From positions 8,602-72,601 of the forward strand of contig JBKQWF010000170.1 of assembly GCA_052139695.1 (NCBI GenBank): DNA of 64,000 bases, given 5' to 3'. The notes under the pieces were generated by a model, which was not told the DNA's origin, searched no databases, and saw only the letters and a list, made by a program, of their open reading frames with translations. Every line of letters starts with the position of its first letter. Position 1 is the first letter of the stretch. A program made the position numbers and the translations under genes. This document shows, piece by piece, positions 9,541 to 19,664 of the stretch. The stretch comes from Limisphaerales bacterium. GTDB lineage: Bacteria; Verrucomicrobiota; Verrucomicrobiia; Limisphaerales; Palsa-1400.

Positions 9541-9560
9541 TATACTAGTAGAATAGTACA
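9541..9560. promoter_or_regulatory. candidate GntR operator: imperfect inverted repeat TATACTA-N6-TAGTACA
   Basis: Lies 25 nt upstream of the GntR start codon (9516), in the divergent region between the GntR and NHL genes. Arms match 6 of 7 positions. No experimental or comparative support. Confidence 0.25.
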
Positions 9561-9911
9561 ATACCGCCGGTTCGTCAAGGGGTTTTTTAACAAAAATGGC
9601 GAATCCATAAATCAAGGTCAGTGGGCACTCTTGAAAACCCCGAAACAACTCAGCCCCTCGGGCATTTTTTACGTTCCAAAAACGAATCTGCGATTGTATG
9701 TTTTTCCAAGGCTGGGGAATCGCGCTTTGCGGCCCGTGCCTGCTGGTCCAACTGGTTTTGGTGATGGATCAACGTCGTTTGAAGGCGCTGGAACACAATT
9801 TGCGTCAAGTATTGTGTTGCGCTCTCAAAAGTCGCTTTTATCTCGTAAAAACGAGCGAAATTTGCCTTTGCTTCAATGCGTTTTAATCGTGTTCAATGTG
9901 CAAACGGAATA

Positions 9912-12641
9912 ATGGCGGGCTTCCGTTCGTTCCTTCTATTGATGATCCTGCGGCTGGCCGCTCTTGGCCAAGCCAATGACGCAACGCCCTATACCATCTC
10001 AACTTTGGCCGGAGGGCAGGCCGGTTTTGCCAATGGCACGGGAAACGTCGCCCAGTTTTCTTCTCCTCAAGGCGTGGCGGTGGACAGAGCTTGCAACATC
10101 TATGTGGCGGACTCTGGAAACAAGGCGATCCGCCAAGTGACGCCAACTGGAGTGGTCACAAAACTGGTCAGGGGAGGAATGTTCGTTTCTCCTTACGGGC
10201 TGGCCGTGGACAGCGCGATGAACATCTATGTAGCCGATCATGGTGGTGGCGCGGTTCGCAAAGTAACGATGGTCGGAACAAACTGGGAAGTTTCAACGCT
10301 GGCTGGTGGGTTTAGCGCTCCTTACGGTGTGGCGGTGGACGCGGCCACCAACCTCTATGTGGCAGACCAAGGTGCCTCCCTTATCCGGAAAATGGCGCGG
10401 GTGGGAACCAACTGGGTGGTCACGACCATTGCCGGACCCGCAGGATTTAATGGTCCTTGCGGCGTGGCGGTGGACAGCGCGACCAATGTGTATGTGGCGG
10501 GAGGTCAAAACCAGACGATTCAGAGATTGACGCCAGTGGGAACAAGCTGGGTGGTGACAACTTTGGCCGGACTGGCGGGCAGCCCTGGCACCAATGACGG
10601 AACGGGGAGTAACGCACAGTTTGATCTTCCTACCGGAGTGACGTTGGACACGGCGACGAACCTTTACGTTGCAGACCAACAAAACTCCACCATCCGGAGA
10701 ATCGCGCCCGTTGGCACAAATTGGGTCGTAACGACTTTGGCCGGCATGCCGGGCAGCGTCGGCACCAATGACGGGACCGGATGCGCCGCGCGGTTTGCTT
10801 CGCCTGCCGCTGTGGCGATGGACGTGGCCGGGGATCTTTGTGTGACGGACGCGCAAAGCAACACAATCAGAAGGGGGTTCCCAGCCAACGGCCCTCCGGT
10901 TATTCTGACCAATGGGACCGGTTTGGCATTTAGCAACGGTTTGTTCGGCTTTTATATCACCGCAGCGGCGGGACGGCCTGTGGTGGTCGATGCCTCGACC
11001 AATTTGGTGACATGGCTCCCCATTTGGAACACTAACGTGGGCGCGGGTGTCCTGCCTTTCAGCGACCCGCAGAGCGAAGCCTATTCCAATCAGTTTTACC
11101 GCGCCCGTTTTCCGTACCCTCGCCGGCCCCTCGGCGTGTACGCCAAGGTTGATTTAACATCTGTTATCAAGCCGCGGACCAATGCGGACTGGAGTTCCTA
11201 TTTTGATTGTCTCTACTCGAATCTTCTGGCCAATCCGGCGATCTCGGGGCTGACGCTTCAGGTGCATTGGGATTTGGTCAACACGGCACCCGGCGTTTAC
11301 AATTGGTCGTATGTCACGAACGCATTCATCCAGACGTCGAACTGGAACGCGCAAAATCCAAACGCCCAGAAAAACATCCAGTTCATCATCACGCCCGGCT
11401 TCAATTCACCCCCGTGGTTATTAACCAATATCATATCTTCCGACGGATCTTGTGACGGGTTGTTTGCCAATCAGGGCGCTTCCAATAACTGCGGAACCGT
11501 GACCTTCATTGGTTACAACGAAAACGCGGACGGCAATGTGCTGCCGTTGCCGTGGAACCAGACTTACGTTTCTGCCTTCACCCAGTTCCTGTATGCGCTC
11601 AACAAGCAGTTTGGCGATAACCCGTTATTTGTCTCCATCTCGGTCGCTGGCCCCACTGGCGGCTCCGCGGAAATGATCTTGCCCAATGACGAAAACACGT
11701 GCCCATGCCATGCCGTAGTGCCCAACACCTGCGGCACCAAATGCCCTTCCGGCACAAACGCACAGTTGCAGCCCAATGACCTGACGCCGAGCCAAATGTG
11801 GAACCAACTGCTCACAAACCGATTCGGCGCCTCGTCCAAAAAATCTAATGATGAATTTGTCCAGGAGTGGGAAAACGCAATTAACCTCTACGACGGGATC
11901 TTTCATGGCGTGACGCTTGTTCTCACCCCTGGCGATGGCGAAGGCTTCCCCTTTGGATCGGCCAACGCGACCACAAACCCGCTCTGCCAGTACTCCATGG
12001 ACGAAAGTTGCACGGCGGTGGGAAGCATTCTTTCGTACTTCGAGAGCTTCCAAAGCGTCAATGGAAATGGAAAGGCCACCCAGATAAGCGGGTTGGCCGC
12101 CTCGAGCGACACATTGACCAACGGCGACGCGGGCATGGGCGGAGTGAAACTACTTTCGGCGCTATCGGAGACGGCGGCCCCATGGGATCAGATCATCGGA
12201 GGCGCCCAGTTCGATCATGGCTTCTCGGGGTGCCTGCCAAACAAATGCGCGCCGAACCCTGAGCAGGAGGAGTTTAATGTGCTGGCGAACTTTTTCAACG
12301 GCACGCAAGCCGTGTATGGCACGGCGACCTTCCCTGCTCTCTTCGAAGCCGTCACCAACGAGAGTCCGGTCAACTTCCCGCTGACGAACTCAGCGCCCCT
12401 AAATTATTTGCAGGTATTCTACGAGGACGTCCAATATGCTGGGAGCAACGGCTGCGTATGGATTGACCGCACAGGCGGAACCAATGGAGTCCAATCTCTT
12501 CACGTGTCGGCCCAGGATCTTCTCAACCAGGCGAGCGAACTGCTCTTCACCATCGGCCAGACGACCTATCCCCAGGGATCGATCCCGTCGTATCCGCCCG
12601 CCTGTGCGAACTCGCCTCCGCCCGCGTGCCAACCGCCCTGA
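9912..12641 (+). CDS. secreted NHL-repeat beta-propeller protein fused to a C-terminal putative (beta/alpha)8 glycoside-hydrolase-like domain
   Basis: Signal peptide MAGFRSFLLLMILRLAALGQA (the ORF track starts at 9876; 9912 is the likelier start). About 7 repeats of the type TLAG..G..G.G..AQF..P.GVAVD.A.N.YVAD.....IR...P.G. An internal FYR module at about 10921-11111. The distal approx 510 aa contains LQVHWDLVNTAPGVYNWSYV, which is reminiscent of GH TIM barrels. Confidence 0.7.
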   Translation: MAGFRSFLLLMILRLAALGQANDATPYTISTLAGGQAGFANGTGNVAQFSSPQGVAVDRACNIYVADSGNKAIRQVTPTGVVTKLVRGGMFVSPYGLAVDSAMNIYVADHGGGAVRKVTMVGTNWEVSTLAGGFSAPYGVAVDAATNLYVADQGASLIRKMARVGTNWVVTTIAGPAGFNGPCGVAVDSATNVYVAGGQNQTIQRLTPVGTSWVVTTLAGLAGSPGTNDGTGSNAQFDLPTGVTLDTATNLYVADQQNSTIRRIAPVGTNWVVTTLAGMPGSVGTNDGTGCAARFASPAAVAMDVAGDLCVTDAQSNTIRRGFPANGPPVILTNGTGLAFSNGLFGFYITAAAGRPVVVDASTNLVTWLPIWNTNVGAGVLPFSDPQSEAYSNQFYRARFPYPRRPLGVYAKVDLTSVIKPRTNADWSSYFDCLYSNLLANPAISGLTLQVHWDLVNTAPGVYNWSYVTNAFIQTSNWNAQNPNAQKNIQFIITPGFNSPPWLLTNIISSDGSCDGLFANQGASNNCGTVTFIGYNENADGNVLPLPWNQTYVSAFTQFLYALNKQFGDNPLFVSISVAGPTGGSAEMILPNDENTCPCHAVVPNTCGTKCPSGTNAQLQPNDLTPSQMWNQLLTNRFGASSKKSNDEFVQEWENAINLYDGIFHGVTLVLTPGDGEGFPFGSANATTNPLCQYSMDESCTAVGSILSYFESFQSVNGNGKATQISGLAASSDTLTNGDAGMGGVKLLSALSETAAPWDQIIGGAQFDHGFSGCLPNKCAPNPEQEEFNVLANFFNGTQAVYGTATFPALFEAVTNESPVNFPLTNSAPLNYLQVFYEDVQYAGSNGCVWIDRTGGTNGVQSLHVSAQDLLNQASELLFTIGQTTYPQGSIPSYPPACANSPPPACQPP

Positions 12642-13030
12642 GCTGCCTGATTGCGGTCAGCGGAGGCGCTTGCGCTCCGATGTCTGGAGTGGGGTTACGC
12701 TCTCAAGACGCAGGACTTTATGATCACGATTGGAAGCGACGAAGGCGGTGTGGCTGGCATGACCACGAAGAAGAACATTCGGCATTTTACACGGGCACCG
12801 GCCAATGCGATGTTGGGCCGTCATGCGATTCACTTTTTCAAACACGCCATCGCTCATCGACGGTTTGTATCACCTCAACACGACGCCGGCCATTCGGCGG
12901 TCTTTTGCCGTCTCATCCCGCCCTGTTCATGCTGCTCGCAATTCATCAAATTCGTTTGAATTGGGGCGATCCCGTTAGTGGAAATCGTGGCTGCGAGGAA
13001 CCGTTTCAAACCCGCGCCGCGATTTCATTC

Positions 13031-14899
13031 ATGCTCAATTCTTATCCGTTGTTAGTCCAGCGGCTGCGGATTTTAACGGTTCTCCTGTTTTTCCACGCTA
13101 CTGCGAGTAGTTATGCGCAACAACCGCGATTCGCGGACTTAATTCCTTCCAGCCAACTGATCGGCGGCAACATTGGATGGGTCAAGGTCAACATGCTGAA
13201 CGCCGATGGCGGCCTGGCGACCAATTCGTCGGCGCAAATCATTTTAAGCGTCACCGGTCCGGGAAGTTTTTCGCTCGCGCAGACCAACACCACCACCAAC
13301 GGCGCCATCGTTTTCAACCTTTCCTCAACGACATTGAACCAGCCGGGGCTTTACACTCTGGCGGCCACGAGCAGTGGCCGCGTGCCCGCCTTTGAAAACA
13401 TCGGCGTGGAGACAACGCTGATGCCGCCGCAAGGTACGATCCTCGCTGGCGTGCGGGTCAGCCCCTCCACCGGGCCGGCCAACATTGACGCCTTGGAAAT
13501 CGCGTGCGGCCGGGCGTTCCCTTTGAGCATGCACTATTACGACTGGGCCGATAGCGCATTTTCCACGCCACAGGCATTTACGCAAACGAAAGGCATTTCT
13601 GACGACACGGCTAGCAACCGCATTCCGGTCGTTTCCTGGAATGCGACGAATCTCACCGACATCCTTTCCGGCACCAATAATACTGTGATCACCAACGCTG
13701 CCCTGGCAATGGCCGCCTTTCAGGGACCGATTGTGCTGCGCTGGGCTTGGGAGATGAACCTGCTCGGCACGAACGGCAAGGCGTGGGCCTACCTCGGCTA
13801 TCCAACGAATGGCAACGATCCGTCGTCCAACCAAGTGGCGGCGGCGCAAAGCAATTTCGTAGCCGCCTGGCGGCAAATCCGAACAATTTTCGATGCGAGC
13901 GGAGCGGCCAACGTGATCTGGCTGTGGAATCCCGGCGCGGGCAACGATTCCGCGCCCGGCCAAACCGCCGGCGGCTACACGGACGGATTTTATTCCGGCG
14001 ACGCCTATGTAGATTGGATCGGCCTCGACGCCTACAACCGGCAGGACGACGCCTTTGCCGACACTTTCATCGATGACCCCAGTTATGGCTACACCAACAT
14101 GGCGGCGCACGCGAAGCCGCTGCTCATCGGCGAAACCGGCGCCTACTTCACCAACGAGGCGCATCAAATCACCTTCTTCGGAGCGGCGGCGGGTTCGTTG
14201 CAGACCAACTTTCCGCAGTTGCTGGGCTTCATGTATTTTGACGCGAACGGCACCGGTGATGACTGGAGCCTGACGACTGCCGGCGCGAGCAACGGGTTGA
14301 CCGAGTTCAGCAATTTGATGCACAGCACCTATCTCAACGCCATTGTTCCGCGCTTCTTAAACTACGCGCAATTTCATGCGTTCAGCGCGCGGGTCCATGT
14401 CGCGTCCGCGGCAAGGACATTTCAAGGCGGCGTCATCGGCATTGGCGCGTCAGTGGACAATCTTTATTCCAACCTGCCCACGGGAAGAATTGATTTTTAC
14501 AGCGACACCAATTATCTGGCCAGCGTCGCTCTCTCCGGGGGTTCGAATGGCTCTTGCCAAGTGCAATCCTTCGTCGCCGTCACGAACCCGGGCACGCACT
14601 GGCTGAGGGCGGTTTATTCCGGTGACGCTAATAACAACGCCGGCCAATCCTGGCCGGTGCAAGTCAACGTGCTCCCACCGCCGTTGACCTTCCGAAGCAT
14701 CCAGGCAACGAACGGGAGAGTGGAATTGACTTGGAACAGCATGACCAACCAATCGTATCAAGTCCAATTCAGCAGGAATTTGGCAAAGGGCATTTGGACA
14801 AATCTGGGCGCGGTCATCGTCGCCACCAACAGCACGGCATCAACCACCGATGTCTTCGGCGGCACGACGGGATTTTATCGAATCACGATTCCACCATGA
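13031..14899 (+). CDS. secreted GH26-like glycoside hydrolase (mannanase-type motifs) with Ig-like and FYR C-terminal modules
   Basis: Likely start MLNSYPLLVQRLRILTVLLFFHATASSYA (signal peptide). The track ORF begins at 12626, but that extension looks non-coding. Motifs LRWAWEMN, NVIWLWNP, YSGDAYVDWIGLDAYN and KPLLIGETG follow GH26 order. Tail VELTWNS...YQVQFS...FYRITIPP. Confidence 0.65.
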   Translation: MLNSYPLLVQRLRILTVLLFFHATASSYAQQPRFADLIPSSQLIGGNIGWVKVNMLNADGGLATNSSAQIILSVTGPGSFSLAQTNTTTNGAIVFNLSSTTLNQPGLYTLAATSSGRVPAFENIGVETTLMPPQGTILAGVRVSPSTGPANIDALEIACGRAFPLSMHYYDWADSAFSTPQAFTQTKGISDDTASNRIPVVSWNATNLTDILSGTNNTVITNAALAMAAFQGPIVLRWAWEMNLLGTNGKAWAYLGYPTNGNDPSSNQVAAAQSNFVAAWRQIRTIFDASGAANVIWLWNPGAGNDSAPGQTAGGYTDGFYSGDAYVDWIGLDAYNRQDDAFADTFIDDPSYGYTNMAAHAKPLLIGETGAYFTNEAHQITFFGAAAGSLQTNFPQLLGFMYFDANGTGDDWSLTTAGASNGLTEFSNLMHSTYLNAIVPRFLNYAQFHAFSARVHVASAARTFQGGVIGIGASVDNLYSNLPTGRIDFYSDTNYLASVALSGGSNGSCQVQSFVAVTNPGTHWLRAVYSGDANNNAGQSWPVQVNVLPPPLTFRSIQATNGRVELTWNSMTNQSYQVQFSRNLAKGIWTNLGAVIVATNSTASTTDVFGGTTGFYRITIPP

Positions 14900-17800
14900 A
14901 ATCCGGCTTTAACGCGGTACACCGAAAGATGTTTTTTTGGTGGACTTGTCTCGCTGGTGTCGTCATTGCATCGACCGCGCCGCGGGTTCGCGAGGCGCAT
15001 GGAGCATCCATGGGCATTTATCGAAATGTTCCACTTTCGGGAGCTGTGGCGGTTGTGGAAGCAATCTGGTGGTCCGGTCAGGGTCTGATTACAAACGATG
15101 TCCAGAGGTCGCAAATGATTTTTTCCAATGCGATCAGTAAAGGCCCATGGCAACCAGCGGGATATGCCGGACAACCTCTCTCGGGGGTGACGGTGGCCGG
15201 ACCGGCAGGAACGGTCCTGTCACTCCAGCCTCAAACACTCGGCCCCACCGGTGCGTTCGATGACCTGCGATTGCAGGAGCCGAATTCCATGCCCGGCCCT
15301 TACTCAATCACGGGGTTGGTCTTGTTTAACAAAACTTCCTTTGCGAATGTGCTTTCGACCGATCAAGTCGTCCTTTCGCCGACAAATATTTTTGCCGGAC
15401 TGTTTGCCGATGTCGCACCAGCCGCCGGGGATACGAGTGGAATACGGTGGGTGGTTGAGGACGGAACCAATTTTTTCATTTCGACAGCGTCCACCGGTTT
15501 GGCATCGGCAACGAATCCCAGCAGCATCAGCCAAAATCCCACCAGCCTTGCATGGTATGGTTATGACCCTTTGACGGACATCACTGCCATTGGAGCGATG
15601 GTGGCGCCGGGTTTCACCAACATCAACTATGTTGGATTTCGTCTTGAAGGGACTAGCGCAACGAACACCACCAGCACACTGGGCATCGCCGCCACGCAAC
15701 TGCGGTTTGATGTCACGGTGGCGGTTCCGGTGCCAGCCCGGCTGGTGCCGCTGCCACTGGATCAAACGCGCCTCACCGACGGCATGCTCGATGTCACAAA
15801 GTCTCCCTATTTTGCGGACAACAGTGGAGCCACGGATGCGCACCTGGCCATCCAAAATGCGATTAACGATGCCTACGCCGCGAACCTCATCGTCTTTTTT
15901 CCCCCGGGCACTTATCTTTGCACGGGCGGTTTGTCCTGCATTCAAACTCCCGGTCCTGCCTCGCCCGGCCAGCGCAAATTTGCCAACAAGTTGGTCGGTT
16001 CGACCCTGGGCCCGCGACCGGTGCTGAAACTTGCCGATGGCGCGGTCGTGACCAATATCATCGCTCCGGGCGGCGGGCCTTCGCCACCGGTTTACCCGGT
16101 CTTTGTCCAGTTTTCGTGGGTGGGCGACGAGGGCAATTCCGTGATCCAAGAAGACCCGGCATTGCAATACTGCTCCACGTTCCGGGGAATCGATATTGAC
16201 ATGGGAAACAACCCCAGGGTGTCGGCGATTCGGATGCTGGGAGCGCAGTATTGCGTGATCGAGGACGTGGATATTTATGGAACCAATTTCGGTTACGGCA
16301 TCGACGGTCTGCCCGGTTCGGGCGGGAGCGTTGCGAATTTGAACATTACCGGAGGCAAGATTGGAATTCGCCATAGCGAGTACCGGCCCTCGCCGCTCGT
16401 CACCGGTGTCAGGTTGACCAGGCAATCCAGCAACGCCATCAGCACCGCCGTTGTCCGCGGGCCGCTGGTGGTTGCCGGTTTCTGCATTACCGCTCCGACC
16501 AATCCCGCGCCCGGCTATGCGGCGGTTTTCTGCGACTCAACCAATATCGGCGGCAATGGCAGCAATCCGTCGGTGGGAAATCTGGTCATGGTGGACGGCA
16601 CCATCGAAGTGCCGGGAACGAACGGCATCGGCATTTACAATTACGCGCAGGATGTTTACCTGCAAAATGTTTTTGTAAAGGCGGCGACCAACATCATCAG
16701 TGACGCGGCATCCAATTCGTCGAACTTTGTCGTGGTTCCCACAAACTATTGGGCGGACGCGGCGTGGTATTCGTTTCGGGTCGGGCGCGACAATGGCCAA
16801 CTGGTCCTGAATGGCCTCGACTATGGCAGCCATACCGACGCCGTTGCCTCGGTTGTTTCGCTCGCCGCTTCGGCGCCGTCCAATTTAATTTCACAACACC
16901 TTTGGCGGACAAATTTTCCGTCCTGGGAAGATCAACCGTTGCTGCGGATTACTGATCCGGAATTCGGCGCCGTTCCCGATGATCCACAGGTTGACAATGC
17001 ACCGGCGATTCAAGCCGCGCTCACGGCCGCGACCACCACCGACAGTCCCTATTTTGGAGCAACGGTTTTCATTCCGCGCGGACAATTTTATGTTGGCGGC
17101 CCGATCTTCGTGCCGGCAGGGGCGAAGCTCATTGGCGCGGGAGAAACCATTTCCGTTTTGGAAGCCAGCGAAAACTGGCTTGTGTCCAACACCACTTCCG
17201 TCCTGACCACAGAAAACAATTCCACAAACGGAGTGACGCTCGCCTTCTTTGCTCTCGTCGGAAACGAGGCAACTCCGGCTTACAGCGGTTTCCCCGACAC
17301 GACCACACAACGCTGCCTGCGCCTGGCCACGGTGCAGTCCGCAAGTTCCATCTGGCGCGACTTGCAACTGGATCAGCGGACCGGCAGCGGAATCGCCCGG
17401 GAAGCCAGCGAGCCGTTTGCGGTCTTCAGCGGTGATGGCGGCGGCCAGGTTTATAATCTTTGCCTGGATTTTGGCAACACGCCGCTGGCGGCCAATCAAC
17501 CGGACCCGTCATTCCACCTGTTCAGCGTGCAGAACACCCCGATGCCGCTTGCTTTTTACGAACCTGATCCCGAACATCTCGACCAGGGAGCAGCCTCGGT
17601 TGCAGTTGACAACGCTGGATCGGTGGCGTTCTTCGCCTTCAAATACGAAGGGAGCCATCAAATGCTGTCAGCCACTAACGTGACGCATTTGCAGGCGTTA
17701 GGTGGGTCTGGTAACTACGGCCAAGCCACGAATTCGATCATCGCCATTGGTCAATGCGCCGATTTTCAAGTGGCCGAACTGTGTCGCGACCCGGGCACCA

Positions 17801-18105
17801 ATGAAGAGACTGGACTGTCTTGGTTCTCGGGATTGGGACCCACTCTGACCGACACACGGCCCATCACGCTGGTGAGCTACGGAGTCGCAGGTCCGCAACT
17901 TTCCATCGCCAGAACGGGAACCAACATGCTCTTGTCCTGGCCCGTGACGACGGTTCCTTTTCAACTGCAAACTAACGCGACTCTTAACGGCAGAACGACT
18001 TGGTCACCGGCAGGCCAAATTCCGACAGCAAATGGAAGCAGCAATTCTATCAGCGTGCCGGCATCGTCAGCCGCCGGCTTCTTCCGGCTGATCCAAAATC
18101 CATGA
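14896..18105 (+). CDS. secreted protein with two pectate-lyase-superfamily (right-handed beta-helix, GH55-like arrangement) domains and an FYR C-terminal module
   Basis: ATGA overlap with the previous stop (14896-14899). Signal peptide MKSGF...CLAGVVIAS. Two copies of the beta-helix N-cap motif: DVTKSPYFADNSGATDAHLAIQNAINDA...VFFPPGTYL and ITDPEFGAVPDDPQVDNAPAIQAAL...VFIPRGQFYV. Tail LLSWPV...FFRLIQNP. Confidence 0.7.
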   Translation: MKSGFNAVHRKMFFWWTCLAGVVIASTAPRVREAHGASMGIYRNVPLSGAVAVVEAIWWSGQGLITNDVQRSQMIFSNAISKGPWQPAGYAGQPLSGVTVAGPAGTVLSLQPQTLGPTGAFDDLRLQEPNSMPGPYSITGLVLFNKTSFANVLSTDQVVLSPTNIFAGLFADVAPAAGDTSGIRWVVEDGTNFFISTASTGLASATNPSSISQNPTSLAWYGYDPLTDITAIGAMVAPGFTNINYVGFRLEGTSATNTTSTLGIAATQLRFDVTVAVPVPARLVPLPLDQTRLTDGMLDVTKSPYFADNSGATDAHLAIQNAINDAYAANLIVFFPPGTYLCTGGLSCIQTPGPASPGQRKFANKLVGSTLGPRPVLKLADGAVVTNIIAPGGGPSPPVYPVFVQFSWVGDEGNSVIQEDPALQYCSTFRGIDIDMGNNPRVSAIRMLGAQYCVIEDVDIYGTNFGYGIDGLPGSGGSVANLNITGGKIGIRHSEYRPSPLVTGVRLTRQSSNAISTAVVRGPLVVAGFCITAPTNPAPGYAAVFCDSTNIGGNGSNPSVGNLVMVDGTIEVPGTNGIGIYNYAQDVYLQNVFVKAATNIISDAASNSSNFVVVPTNYWADAAWYSFRVGRDNGQLVLNGLDYGSHTDAVASVVSLAASAPSNLISQHLWRTNFPSWEDQPLLRITDPEFGAVPDDPQVDNAPAIQAALTAATTTDSPYFGATVFIPRGQFYVGGPIFVPAGAKLIGAGETISVLEASENWLVSNTTSVLTTENNSTNGVTLAFFALVGNEATPAYSGFPDTTTQRCLRLATVQSASSIWRDLQLDQRTGSGIAREASEPFAVFSGDGGGQVYNLCLDFGNTPLAANQPDPSFHLFSVQNTPMPLAFYEPDPEHLDQGAASVAVDNAGSVAFFAFKYEGSHQMLSATNVTHLQALGGSGNYGQATNSIIAIGQCADFQVAELCRDPGTNEETGLSWFSGLGPTLTDTRPITLVSYGVAGPQLSIARTGTNMLLSWPVTTVPFQLQTNATLNGRTTWSPAGQIPTANGSSNSISVPASSAAGFFRLIQNP

Positions 18106-18194
18106 AGTGCAATGTCGGAATTTTCGGAAATTCATAACCGACCAAATCGCCCGCGCACAGTTGCGTCATAAGTATGTTCTGTTAAAATATTTGT

Positions 18195-19664
18195 GTGCGT
18201 GGCTTGATTCCACTTCTCCGGTCGGCGCTCATAGGCGCAATGCTGCCGGCCAGTATTCCCGCTGTCGCGCAACCAGCCCCAATCCTAACTTGGATCACCA
18301 ATTCGTCGGTCAAGCTGGAACAGGTCATCGGTGACGTGGATTGGGCCGACGGCTCGAATGTCACCAGCCAGACGATCTCCCGGTTCAACATCGAAGGGAC
18401 GGACGTCAGCGCCACCTTTTTGAGTGGCACCAACCGGATTTATATTTTTGGCGACACGATCGGGAGCAACATTAATTATCAGGCTGCCGATCCAGTGGCC
18501 TGGAGCAGCACTGCCGACGGGGAAACGGGCCTGCTGCTCAATTTCTATACCAACCGCGACGGCTCAAACGTCTTTGTCGATCCGAAGGGCATCAGCATGG
18601 CTGGGGACGATACGCCCAATGCGGGCATCTGCATTTCCAATGTCAATTACCTCATTTGCAACACCGGCTCCAACACCAACGGGACCAATTCTGCCCAAAA
18701 GCACGCGGGCGATTATTCCGTGCTGGTCACGTTTAACCAAACCAACCTGACCTTTCAAACCAATCGCACGATTTCCGTCCTTACCAACGGCGGTCATTTT
18801 ATCATCAACTCACTCCACCTGTTTGGGACCAATGTCCTGATGTTTGGCGAGGGCGGGTATCGGGCCAGTGACATTTATCTAGCAACAACACCGGTCAGTT
18901 CCTATCTGAGCGGAAATGGAACCCTCTACTTCACTGGCCTGACAAATGGCCAGCCGAACTGGAGCAGCATTGAAACGAATGCCGTTCCGGTGGTGCAGGA
19001 CAATCCCACCAACGGCCCGCCATCGGTCGGTAACCTGTCGGTCATTTACTCGACCAGCCTCAACCTCTGGTTGATGGCCTACGACGGCGGCCGAAACACA
19101 GCCTCGCCCTCCAATACCACCGGCATTTATTTCTGTTCTGCCGCACAGCCGTGGGGTCCTTGGAGCACGCCGCAACTCATTTTTAACTCGACCCGCGATC
19201 GTGGCGCGGGCGTGTTTATCCATGACAATAGGTACAACCCGCCGGGCCTCATCGGTCCCACCATCAATCCTTCGAACCATAATCCCACGAACACGGAGGG
19301 CACGGTTTATTCCCCTGACCTGATTGAATCGTTCACCACAATCTCAAACAGCACGCTCGATATCTATTACTTGATGGCCACTTGGAACCCCTACACTATC
19401 GTGAAAATGCGTTCAGCCTTCACCATCAACCCGGTGATCGACCCCGCTTCGCTCGTAAAATCGAAAAAAAAGTTCAGCTTCGCTTGGACGGCTCCTACGA
19501 GCATCGTTTATCAGGTGGATTACTCAACCAATTTGCTGGCCGCCTGGAATACAATTACCAACCTTGTCACGTCCACTAATGGAATATTCAATTTTACCGA
19601 CAATGGCACCAATAGCGGCGGCTTCGGCAATACAAAGTTTTACCGGCTGCAAAGTTTGCCATGA
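18195..19664 (+). CDS. secreted protein, DUF4185-like beta-propeller (putative glycoside hydrolase) with an FYR C-terminal module
   Basis: GTG start and a signal peptide (LIGAMLPASIPAVAQ). The IYIFGDT motif and overall Ser/Thr/Asn-rich propeller-like sequence. Tail FSFAWTAPTSIVYQVDYSTNL...FYRLQSLP. Family call is from memory and weak. Confidence 0.5.
   Translation: MRGLIPLLRSALIGAMLPASIPAVAQPAPILTWITNSSVKLEQVIGDVDWADGSNVTSQTISRFNIEGTDVSATFLSGTNRIYIFGDTIGSNINYQAADPVAWSSTADGETGLLLNFYTNRDGSNVFVDPKGISMAGDDTPNAGICISNVNYLICNTGSNTNGTNSAQKHAGDYSVLVTFNQTNLTFQTNRTISVLTNGGHFIINSLHLFGTNVLMFGEGGYRASDIYLATTPVSSYLSGNGTLYFTGLTNGQPNWSSIETNAVPVVQDNPTNGPPSVGNLSVIYSTSLNLWLMAYDGGRNTASPSNTTGIYFCSAAQPWGPWSTPQLIFNSTRDRGAGVFIHDNRYNPPGLIGPTINPSNHNPTNTEGTVYSPDLIESFTTISNSTLDIYYLMATWNPYTIVKMRSAFTINPVIDPASLVKSKKKFSFAWTAPTSIVYQVDYSTNLLAAWNTITNLVTSTNGIFNFTDNGTNSGGFGNTKFYRLQSLP

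Noticed and set aside
9639-9670. Hairpin CCCGA-N14-TCGGG followed by a T6 run in the GntR/NHL divergent region, considered as a possible terminator or attenuator.
   Set aside because: The stem is only 5 bp with a 14-nt loop, and no upstream gene on either strand would be terminated by it.
12626-13030. The 135-codon N-terminal extension of the GH26-like ORF, and the alternative small ORFs 12651..12959 (+) and 12657..12857 (-).
   Set aside because: The extension has no signal peptide and an odd Cys/Arg/His-rich composition. A good signal peptide starts at Met 13031. I found no recognisable motifs in the small ORFs.
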